Part shown: positions 20,389 to 27,912 of the stretch, piece after piece
Layout of the letters: each line of letters begins with the position of its first letter
How positions within the stretch are numbered: the first letter of the stretch is position 1
Assembly (NCBI RefSeq): GCF_016592615.1
Contig: NZ_AP013043.1
Coordinates: 600,001 to 632,000, forward strand
Direction of reading: 5' to 3'
Length of the DNA stretch: 32,000 bases
Source of the DNA: Isorropodon fossajaponicum endosymbiont JTNG4
GTDB lineage: Bacteria; Pseudomonadota; Gammaproteobacteria; PS1; Pseudothioglobaceae
The notes under the pieces: generated by a model
The model's database searches: none
Seen by the model: only the letters and a program-made list of their open reading frames with translations
What the model was told of the DNA's origin: nothing
Made by a program: the position numbers and the translations under genes

Positions 20389-20714
20389 TTTTTCATCTCC
20401 TTTAATCTGGTTAGCGCAATTTGCAAAACATTTCTAGGTATTTTTTTAGATTTTTTTACATAAGAATGTAGCATAATAATTTCTTGATTTGTTTGGGTGC
20501 AATAAAAAACTCTTGCTATCCCATTCTTGCCTTTTAATCTCAATTCAAACAATCCGTTACTTAATGATTTGGTGTGTGGGTGTCCTAAATTTGAACCATG
20601 AATTAACATCATATCTGTAGACTTCAAATATCTAGCTAACAGAGACAGAGACGCTGGTAAATTTAAAATATCATTTTGCACCGCATCATTAAAATAACTT
20701 ATCTTATAACTCAT
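20385..20714 (-). CDS. HigB/Gp49-like (RelE-superfamily) toxin
   Basis: 109 aa. ...PHTKSLSNGLFELRLKGKNGIARVFYCTQTNQEIIMLHSYVKKSKKIPRNVLQIA matches the phage Gp49-like toxin pattern (GLxELR...RxxY...KKxxKxP). Confidence 0.8.
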   Translation of the reverse strand: MSYKISYFNDAVQNDILNLPASLSLLARYLKSTDMMLIHGSNLGHPHTKSLSNGLFELRLKGKNGIARVFYCTQTNQEIIMLHSYVKKSKKIPRNVLQIALTRLKEMKK

Positions 20715-20719
20715 ATTTT

Positions 20720-20745
20720 TTATTATAACATATTTGTTATAATAA
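20720..20745. promoter_or_regulatory. Palindromic operator with an embedded extended -10 for the minus-strand higBA-like operon
   Basis: TTATTATAACA-TATT-TGTTATAATAA has perfect 11-bp arms. On the minus strand it reads TGtTATAAT, followed by 7 nt and then the toxin ATG. Confidence 0.5.
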
Positions 20746-20804
20746 AGACTGTTTTTAATTTAATTAAACACAAACAATATATTTAAAACATAAAAACCCA
20801 ACCA

Positions 20805-21069
20805 ATGAAATTAAAAGTAATACAACATGCGAATAGTATGACACTAAAACAACAACAAGACTTTGTAGGTGGTTTTATTGAGGTTTTACAAATAAAAAAC
20901 AAAGGCATTTTTAATAGTTAATGAAAATCCAGACAAGGTTGCTAGTAATCTTAACACGGGAGCTGGTTATATATACTCTTTGTCTCTAGGACGTGAATAT
21001 CCAATATGGGGTAATGCTATATTGGCAATCAAAGACGATAAAACAGAGGCTGAAAATGAATATAGATGA
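20805..21069 (+). pseudogene. Possible DUF3846-like mobile-element protein, frameshifted in the T5 run at 20908-20912
   Basis: MKLKVIQHANSMTLKQQQDFVGGFIEVLQIKNKGIF, then the shifted frame LIVNENPDKVASNLNTGAG...IWGNAILAIKDD. The family assignment is from memory of the VGG.IE...NEeG pattern only. Confidence 0.3.
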
Positions 21070-21358
21070 CTTAAATAATAAATTAGCAAACACTTTGGTC
21101 GCACTAAAAAGAAAATCTGAGCAGACTACCAATGAGAACGAAAAAGAAGTTGCAATCAGATTTTTAAACAGCCAGCTAAAAAAGCATGGCCTGGACATGT
21201 CTATTTTTGACGACATGTTATTAGAAAAAAAACAACGATACGAATTAAAGCACTATGGCATGTTTGGCATAAAATTAAAAATTCAAATACTGTGGTTTTT
21301 GGGATATAAGACTATTGGAACTTTTCCCTGTTGCTTATGTCCTATAAGGACATTTTAA
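21056..21358 (+). CDS. Hypothetical protein (about 100 aa from the internal ATG), possibly DUF2786-like
   Basis: MNIDDLNNKLANTLVALKRKSEQTTNENEKEVAIRFLNSQLKKHGLDMS. Weak resemblance only. Confidence 0.3.
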   Translation: MNIDDLNNKLANTLVALKRKSEQTTNENEKEVAIRFLNSQLKKHGLDMSIFDDMLLEKKQRYELKHYGMFGIKLKIQILWFLGYKTIGTFPCCLCPIRTF

Positions 21359-21763
21359 GTTTTGTAAAGCATTATTTTAATTTATTTACGAAAAATAATG
21401 ATAAACTAAAATTCTTTAGGAAGGGCTAATTTTACAAAGAAATTAACTAAAACTACCAGGAGTAAAGACTATTTAAAAAATATAATAGATTCATAAAAAA
21501 TAGTCACAGTTAAGAGCGCAAGCGCAAATTCTGCAAAAATACGGTAAATATTAATAGGTTTCAGTGCTTGATTTACAAAATGTCTTTGTTGATACGCCAA
21601 TTTTGCTTCTTTTTTAGTAAAATTAGTGTGACTGTTTATAAATTCTTGTGTTTTTTAACACTTCAAGCGATACCCACACTGCTTATTATATCCACCTAAA
21701 TGATTTTACAACCATCTCTTATATTCTTTTTTCCTTCCTTTTGTTCCCTTGTTATAAAGAAGC

Positions 21764-21796
21764 TTCACGAGCAAAGCTCGTGAAAAGCCTTTTTTG
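21764..21796 (+). terminator. GC-containing hairpin followed by a T-run (weak intrinsic terminator candidate)
   Basis: TTCACGAGC-AAA-GCTCGTGAA (9-bp stem), then AAGCC and TTTTTT (21791-21796). The T-run is not adjacent to the stem. Confidence 0.3.
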
Positions 21797-22226
21797 TTAT
21801 CTTGTTACTTTTTGTTTTTCTTGTTTGGGCTTTGCCTACAAAACAATTTGTTAGCAGTCGTATTTTTTCACCTAGAAATTAATCAAATTTGACTACTTTG
21901 AATGCCAGTTTAGTATTTTCTAAATATGCTTATTCAATAGATTTAGGTAAAGAAAGGGTGACCCAAAAGCTTCTTTCGGTGCTTACTCAATGTGTTGCAT
22001 ATTTTAGGATTATCTCAAGATATGGACTTATTGCTGCCCCTGAGTTTGATGAGCTGGGTCAACACTTAACAGAAAAGTCATTACCTAAAAGGATTAGAAT
22101 CCAGAAAAAAATCTAAAAAACCTGAGTGGTGTAAATCAAATTTGGGCTTCTCTAATCAATAAATTGATTTATGCAAAGGTCTCTTATAAAGACAGGCGAA
22201 AATCGGGGGGAGGGGGTAATGTTGAG

Positions 22227-22928
22227 TTAAATTTTTTCACTTTGTTTTTGCGTCCAATTTCTAATATTTTGAGTTAATTCTTTGGCAGATTTTTCTTTTA
22301 TATTAATTGGCTTGCCAATAATCACAGTGATGGTGCCGGGGTGTTTTATAAAATTACCTTTGGGCCATACTAAACCAGCGTTGTGATAAACAGGTATGAC
22401 ATCGCAAGAGGCTTTTTTGGCAATGGCTATAGCACCATTTTGATATCGTCCTAGTTTTTTATAGGGTTGACGAGTACCTTCTGGAAAAATCACCACAAAA
22501 ATACCTTTTTTTAGTCGAACCTCTCCTTGTTTTATAATTGTTTTTAGCGCTTTTAATTTCTCGCCACGATTAATCACAATAGGGTTAAATAACGCCAATC
22601 CCCAGCCAAAAAATGGGATCCATAATAAGGTTTGTTTAAGTACCCAGGTTTGTGGTGGGAATATTTGCTGAAATCCAAGTGTTTCCCAGGTAGATTGATG
22701 GTTAGAAACAATTACACAAGGCTTGGAAGGAATATTTTCTTTGCCAATTACTTGGAGCTTGATATCAAGTGTAAATGCCAACCACCATAAGCAAAACATT
22801 GACCACTTAGATAAAATAGCGTAGCGAAACTTGAATGGCAAGAAGAACAAAATTAGTCCAATGGTTACTAAAATTATCAAGGCAATAAACGAGCCTAAAA
22901 AATACAACAATGATCTTAAAAACAGCAT
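22227..22928 (-). CDS. plsC: 1-acyl-sn-glycerol-3-phosphate acyltransferase
   Basis: 233 aa with an N-terminal membrane anchor, the acyltransferase motif VSNHQSTWE and the FPEGTR motif. Confidence 0.85.
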   Translation of the reverse strand: MLFLRSLLYFLGSFIALIILVTIGLILFFLPFKFRYAILSKWSMFCLWWLAFTLDIKLQVIGKENIPSKPCVIVSNHQSTWETLGFQQIFPPQTWVLKQTLLWIPFFGWGLALFNPIVINRGEKLKALKTIIKQGEVRLKKGIFVVIFPEGTRQPYKKLGRYQNGAIAIAKKASCDVIPVYHNAGLVWPKGNFIKHPGTITVIIGKPINIKEKSAKELTQNIRNWTQKQSEKI

Positions 22929-22993
22929 GAGAAATTGCGAGCGTAAACGTTATAATTTGTAAACCTAGAATTTTAACTGATAGAGATTGCCGC

Positions 22994-23629
22994 ATGAGTA
23001 TTAACACCATTTTATTTGACTTAGACGGTACACTAATTGACACTGCACCCGATTTGGCTTATGCATTAAATACAGTACTTAAATATAGTGGTCTAAGTGA
23101 AAAACCTTATGAAAAAATCAAGCCTCTAGTTGCATTAGGAGGCAAGGCGTTAATCAAGTTTGGCTTTGATTGTGATGAGTTTCATCCTGATTTTATTGAC
23201 AGGCATCAAAAAATATTAAACATTTATAAAGATAATATTAGTCAATTTTCTAAAACATTTTCAGGCATTGATGCACTTATTAAAACCATTAAAACTAGGC
23301 AGATGTTCTGGGGGGTGGTTACCAATAAGCCTGAAAATTTGACTCATCTATTGTTAGAAAAACTTGACATAAATCCTGATGTGGTGGTTTGTGGTGATAC
23401 ATTAGCATTTAACAAGCCACATCCAGCGCCGTTATTGTATGCTTGTGTACAATTAGCAATTAACCCAAGCCAATGTTTGTTTGTAGGTGATGATAAGAAT
23501 GACATATTGGCAGGCAAAAATGCTCACATTAAAACTGTGGCTGTTACTTACGGTTATGGCAAAGTAAAAGAAGATTGGTATTATGATTATTTAATTAATG
23601 AAGCAGAAGAATTGTTGGAATTGATATAG
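22994..23629 (+). CDS. gph: HAD-superfamily phosphatase, phosphoglycolate phosphatase-like
   Basis: FDLDGTLIDTAPDLA (HAD motif I), VVTNK (motif II), VGDDKNDILAGKNA (motif III). Confidence 0.7.
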   Translation: MSINTILFDLDGTLIDTAPDLAYALNTVLKYSGLSEKPYEKIKPLVALGGKALIKFGFDCDEFHPDFIDRHQKILNIYKDNISQFSKTFSGIDALIKTIKTRQMFWGVVTNKPENLTHLLLEKLDINPDVVVCGDTLAFNKPHPAPLLYACVQLAINPSQCLFVGDDKNDILAGKNAHIKTVAVTYGYGKVKEDWYYDYLINEAEELLELI

Positions 23630-24765
23630 TGGATATATTGAGTTTTTTATTAGGGCTAGCTGCTGGTGTAATGGTTGTTTATTTTTATTTAAGCGCTAAA
23701 TTACAAGCATTAAAATCTGACAAAATTCGTCTTGAAGTGCGCTTAGATGAAAAAATCAAGTCTTATGAAAACCAAATTGATTTAATTAATATCGCCAAAG
23801 TGCAGATGAGTAAAGATTTTAAAGCCATAGCAGGTGATATTTTAGCAAAAGATCGCCATAATTTGAGTGTTAAAAATTCTGAATTATTAACTCCTTTACA
23901 GACACAACTTAAAGAGTTTCGAGATAAGATTGAAATCATTACTAGCGAGCAAATTAAGGAAAGAGCGATCCTATCTGCGCAGATAGAAAATTTGAAAAAG
24001 ACCAGTATTGAAACACAAGAAACCACACAAAATTTAACCAATGCTTTGACTTATGACAACAAGCAACAAGGCGACTGGGGTGAGATGATTTTAAGTTCTA
24101 TTTTGTCCAGTTCTGGCTTGCGAGAAGGGTATGAATTTGACACACAAAAACAGTTTGAAAATGAATCAGGCGATGTATTTAAGCCTGATGTGGTTTTACA
24201 TCTCCCTGAAGAAAAAGATATCATTATTGATTCAAAAGTCTCGTTAAAGGCTTATAAGGATTATATTACTAATCAGTCAGACAAGCGATTGCTTAAGGCA
24301 CATGTAGTTTCTATTGAGGCGCATATTAATGGCATTAGTATTAAAGAATATGAGAATTTACAAGGCGTACTAACGCTTGATTTTATTTTTGTGTTTATTC
24401 CAATTGAATCTGCACTTTTAATCGCACTTGAGCAAAAGCCAGACTTATTCACCATGGCATTAAAAAAGAACATTGTTTTAGTGTCACCTTCAACGTTGAT
24501 GATGAGTCTTAAAACGGTGCATCATATTTGGCAAACTGAGCGTCAAAATCAAAATTCTGAAGAAATTGCACGTCAAGCAGGCGCGATGTATGACAAATTA
24601 TTTGGCTTTATTCAATCAATGGATGATATTGAGAAGTACCTTGATAAGGCTTCTAAAAGTTACAAAGAAGCTAGGAGCAAGCTCTCTGATGGTAAGGGCA
24701 ATCTTATTGGTCGTGCTGAAAAATTAAAAGAATTAGGCGTTCAAAGTAAAAAGGAGATAAGTTAA
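23629..24765 (+). CDS. rmuC: DNA recombination protein RmuC
   Basis: 378 aa with an N-terminal TM segment, a long coiled coil, then ...QQGDWGEMIL...KPDVVLHLPEEKDIIIDSKVSL...FIPIE...VSPSTLM, typical of RmuC. GTG start overlapping the gph stop. Confidence 0.9.
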   Translation: MDILSFLLGLAAGVMVVYFYLSAKLQALKSDKIRLEVRLDEKIKSYENQIDLINIAKVQMSKDFKAIAGDILAKDRHNLSVKNSELLTPLQTQLKEFRDKIEIITSEQIKERAILSAQIENLKKTSIETQETTQNLTNALTYDNKQQGDWGEMILSSILSSSGLREGYEFDTQKQFENESGDVFKPDVVLHLPEEKDIIIDSKVSLKAYKDYITNQSDKRLLKAHVVSIEAHINGISIKEYENLQGVLTLDFIFVFIPIESALLIALEQKPDLFTMALKKNIVLVSPSTLMMSLKTVHHIWQTERQNQNSEEIARQAGAMYDKLFGFIQSMDDIEKYLDKASKSYKEARSKLSDGKGNLIGRAEKLKELGVQSKKEIS

Positions 24766-25517
24766 TGGAAATTTCAACTAATTATTCAATCACTAAAGAT
24801 GAATTAAAAGATAAAGTTATTTTAGTGACAGGTGCAAACCGTGGTTTTGGTAGGGTAATAACACTGGATCTTGCCAAAGTAGGTGCAAGCGTTATTATGC
24901 TAGGGCGTGATTTAGGCTCGCTAGAAACCACTTATGATGAAGTGCTGGATTTGGGCTATCAAGAACCCATTCTTTATCCGCTTGATTTAGAAGGCGCAAC
25001 CCCTGAGCATTATCAGCAGTTACAAAAAAATATCTTGGATAATTTTGGGCAACTTAATGGGCTTATTCACAATGCTAGCATTATTGGCACAATGATGCCA
25101 ATTGAACAATATGATATTAAATTATGGTATTCAACCATGCAAATCAATGTTAACGCACCTTTTATGCTTACCCAGGCGTTAATTCCTGCACTTAATAAAT
25201 CAAGTGATGCCCGCGTGTTGTTTTTGTCTTCATCAGTAGGGCGTGCAGCTAAAGCATACTGGGGAGCATATGGCGTGAGCAAATTTGCCATTGAAGGTAT
25301 GAGTAAAACCTTATCTGAAGAATTAGAAAAAACCAATATCCAAGTAAATTCACTTGATCCAGGGCGGATGCGCACCAAAATGCGACAAATTGCTTATCCG
25401 GCTGAAAATGCAGATAATAACCCATTGCCTGAAACAAAAAGCCCAGCAATTGTGTATCTAATGAGCGAAAAAGCTAAAAAACTGAATGGAGAGCGGCTTA
25501 TCTTATCTAGCGTTTAA
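24765..25517 (+). CDS. YciK-like short-chain dehydrogenase/reductase
   Basis: The sequence LVTGANRGFG...NASIIG...MQINVNAPFMLTQALIPAL...SSSVGR...WGAYGVSKFAIEGM...DPGRMRT aligns along its length with my recollection of E. coli YciK. Confidence 0.75.
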   Translation: MEISTNYSITKDELKDKVILVTGANRGFGRVITLDLAKVGASVIMLGRDLGSLETTYDEVLDLGYQEPILYPLDLEGATPEHYQQLQKNILDNFGQLNGLIHNASIIGTMMPIEQYDIKLWYSTMQINVNAPFMLTQALIPALNKSSDARVLFLSSSVGRAAKAYWGAYGVSKFAIEGMSKTLSEELEKTNIQVNSLDPGRMRTKMRQIAYPAENADNNPLPETKSPAIVYLMSEKAKKLNGERLILSSV

Positions 25518-25649
25518 TGAAATTTGAAACAAATAAAATAAGGTAAATAGAGACCTTTGCGTAATTCATAATTCCCTCTCCAAAATTCCATTCTTTTTTT
25601 CTAAAAAATTTACCCTTTACTGCAATGCTCTAACCTACTTGGACACATT

Positions 25650-26552
25650 TCAAGCCGCTTTTTTCAATTCAGCCATCTTTTGAGCAGGTGTTAAATACCC
25701 AATCGCTGAATGAATCCTTTTGTAATTATACAAGTAGATATAACCCTCTACATTTTGCACGACTTCACTATGATTTGCAAAACTTTGATAATTTAATCTC
25801 TCAGTCTTCAGACTTCTAAAGAAACGCTCCATGACCGCATTATCCCAACAATTACCTCGCCTGCTCATGCTTTGAGTAATGTTGTTCTTGTTGCAATAAT
25901 CAATAAAAACTTTAGAAGAGTATTGAGTCCCTTGATCAGAGTGGAACATGTGTTTATTTGTATTGGGCTGGTGTCTAGACACAGCATTACTAAGCGCATC
26001 CTTTGCCAACTGAGCATTAGGCTGTTTTGACAATGCCCAACCAACAACTTGTCTTGAGCCTAAATCCAACACACTGGCTAAATAACTCCCACCTTGATAG
26101 GTTTTGATATAGGTAATATCACCAACCCAATGCGTATTAATTGATTGCTGCTCAAACACACGATTTAATAGGTTTTTTGCCTTTTTAAACATCAATCTAG
26201 TATTAGGGTAATAATGACGCTTTCTTGGGCGTATGGCAACTACATTGGCTTTTTTCATTAGCGTTGCAGTTTGGTAAATACCAATGTTATAACCTTGGTT
26301 ATTCAAAACTACTCGCATTCTGCGTTTGCCATAGGTGTATCCAACTTCAATAGCAGTTTGTTTGATTAATTTAATCATAGCGTTGGTGTTGTTGTTTACT
26401 CGCTTATCTTTGACTTGATAGTAATAACTACTGCGAGGAAGTTTGAGTAATGCTCATAATTCTTTAGTATTGTATTGTTGGCAAGCCTTGTTTATCTTGA
26501 TAATCATATCACTTGGTGATTGTCCACAGCGAACAAGGCTGTTGCCTTTTTT
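25650..26552 (-). pseudogene. IS3-family transposase OrfB (DDE integrase domain) with an in-frame TGA
   Basis: DDE domain: ...WVGDITYI...HSDQGTQY...NCWDNAVMERFF...YNYKRIHSAIGY. The -1 frame from the slippery site reads ...INKACQQYNTKEL*ALLKLPRSSYYYQ, with the stop at 26454-26456 where relatives have Cys. Confidence 0.8.
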
Positions 26553-26855
26553 AAGATTTCATTGTCCCTTTGTGCGCGCCAAAGTTGTTTCTCAAGCAGT
26601 TGTATTGTTTGTTGTTCAGAAGTCAGCGCTTTGCCTGACTCTGGTGTTTGTCCACCAAGCTCTGCTAGGTATTGTTTTCTCCATCTGCTAACTGCTGAGG
26701 AGCAAGCTCCTGATATTATCATGATTTTTTTTATTGGTGTAATTCTCATGCACCATGAGTTTGGCATAATCTAGTGTTCCCCCCTCAAGGGGGTATTGAA
26801 CAGAATGTTCAACGGTAAAAGTCACTCGTTGTTTTCTTGATTTATATTGTGTCAT
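26504..26855 (-). pseudogene. IS3-family OrfA (HTH) with a frameshift in an A8 run
   Basis: SD AAGGAGG plus ATG at 26855. MTQYKSRKQRVTFTVEH...LMVHENYTNKK then changes frame at the A8 run (26725-26732) to ...IMIISGACSSAVSRWRKQY...LEKQLWRAQRDNEILKKATALFA. Confidence 0.75.
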
Positions 26856-27098
26856 TACTGACCTCCTTATGGTTTGTATTATAAGGCTATCTTTGTGTCC
26901 AATAAAATTAGACTATTGCAAATACCAGCAACACCCAATATCAAAGAAAAAGCCCCTAGTGGCATAAACATACTTTCGTGTAGCCAGCCTTGGGTGTCTA
27001 TATATTGGTAAAAAGTATTTTCAAGAAAAAGAAAAACAGAACCCAAAAGTAGTAAAAATAAAGAAATTTTTAAGACTTTATTTTTAAATGGTATTTTT

Positions 27099-27899
27099 TT
27101 AACGTTGTAAATCAGTTGTTAAATGTGGATGAATGGTTTTTAAAATGGCCTTAAAAACTTGGTCATTACCAGCCACCACGTTGCCTGTTTCTAGGTATTT
27201 ATCTCGTCCTGAAAAGTCACCTACAAAACCACCCGCTTCTTTGACTAAAAGCACACCCGCAGCAATATCCCAAATATTAAGCTCAATTTCCCAAAAGCCA
27301 TCCACCCGACCTGCAGCCAAATAAGCCAAATCAAGTGCGGCAGAGCCAGCACGGCGAATGCCAGCAACTTTTGGGTGAATGGCTTTAAACATATTTAAAT
27401 AAGCATCTAAATGTTGTGGCGCTTTGAATGGAAAGCCTGTGCCGATTAGTGTATTTTCAAAACCATTGGTATGAGTGGTGCGAATTCTTTGTTCATTTAA
27501 ATAAGCACCTTCGCCTTTAGAGGCAGTAAATAACTCCTCTTTAAAGGGGTCGTATACTACGGCGTGTGTTGGCTCATTATTTTCATACAAGGCAATGGAT
27601 ACTGCATATTGCGGAAAGCCATGTAAGTAGTTAGTGGTGCCGTCTAGTGGGTCAATAATCCATTGAAAACGACTGTCGCCTAAAATTTCACCATTTTCTT
27701 CACCCAGTATTGAATGATTGGGAAAGACGTATTTCAACTCGTCTATAATGGCATCTTCAGCGGCTTTGTCCACTTCGGAAACAAAGTCATTAGTTGCTTT
27801 ATTTTCAATCGTTAAAATATCAATTTGGTTGTGATATCTTAAGATGATGTCGCCAGCTTTTCGAGCGGCTTTAACGGCAATATTGAGCGTAGGATGCAT
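27099..27899 (-). CDS. suhB: Inositol monophosphatase family protein SuhB
   Basis: MHPTLNIAVKAARKAG...WIIDPLDGTTNY...motifs. The start is set at the second Met, as in E. coli SuhB. It is divergent from trmJ as in enterobacteria. Confidence 0.9.
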   Translation of the reverse strand: MHPTLNIAVKAARKAGDIILRYHNQIDILTIENKATNDFVSEVDKAAEDAIIDELKYVFPNHSILGEENGEILGDSRFQWIIDPLDGTTNYLHGFPQYAVSIALYENNEPTHAVVYDPFKEELFTASKGEGAYLNEQRIRTTHTNGFENTLIGTGFPFKAPQHLDAYLNMFKAIHPKVAGIRRAGSAALDLAYLAAGRVDGFWEIELNIWDIAAGVLLVKEAGGFVGDFSGRDKYLETGNVVAGNDQVFKAILKTIHPHLTTDLQR

Positions 27900-27912
27900 A
27901 ACAGAAGACAAA

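Larger units (their letters stand above)
25621..26920 (-). mobile_element. IS3-family insertion sequence (about 1300 bp), decayed copy
   Basis: Terminal inverted repeats TGCAATGCTCTAACCTACTTGGACACA (25621-25647) and its counterpart at 26894-26920 share 21 of 27 positions, with TG...CA ends. It has an orfA/orfB layout and an A6G slippery heptamer (26546-26552, minus strand). I saw no flanking target-site duplication. Confidence 0.85.

Noticed and set aside
21648-22116. ORFs 21648-21854 and 21889-22116 (non-ATG starts)
   Set aside because: They have alternative start codons, no SD and no motif. The first is Phe/Leu/Cys-rich, typical of a random T-rich frame. I left them unannotated but describe the region in a finding.
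22120-22165. Weak resemblance of ...GGTGTAAATCAAATTTGGGCTTCTCTAATCA to the tRNA-Pro 3' half (GGTTCAAATCCTGTCGTCCCGACCA), considered as a possible attR
   Set aside because: Only about 12 of 22 positions match beyond the TCAAAT core. This is not distinguishable from chance by eye and needs a computed alignment.
26443-26774. Plus-strand ORFs 26443-26691 and 26520-26774
   Set aside because: They are antisense to the IS3 orfA/orfB region, which explains the open frames.
26921-27098. Possible small membrane-protein gene on the minus strand interrupted by the IS3 element (reads ...LGSVFLFLENTFYQYIDTQGWLHESMFMPLGAFSLILGVAGI into the IS end, with a possible continuation below 25620)
   Set aside because: There is no target-site duplication to fix the frame across the IS, no start codon or SD I could pin down, and no motif. 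It remains speculation.
27844-27912. Long form of trmJ starting at 27844, overlapping suhB by about 68 nt
   Set aside because: The extension is antisense to the suhB N-terminus and non-homologous. The ATG at 27913 gives the conserved TrmJ N-terminus (…VRVVMV…).
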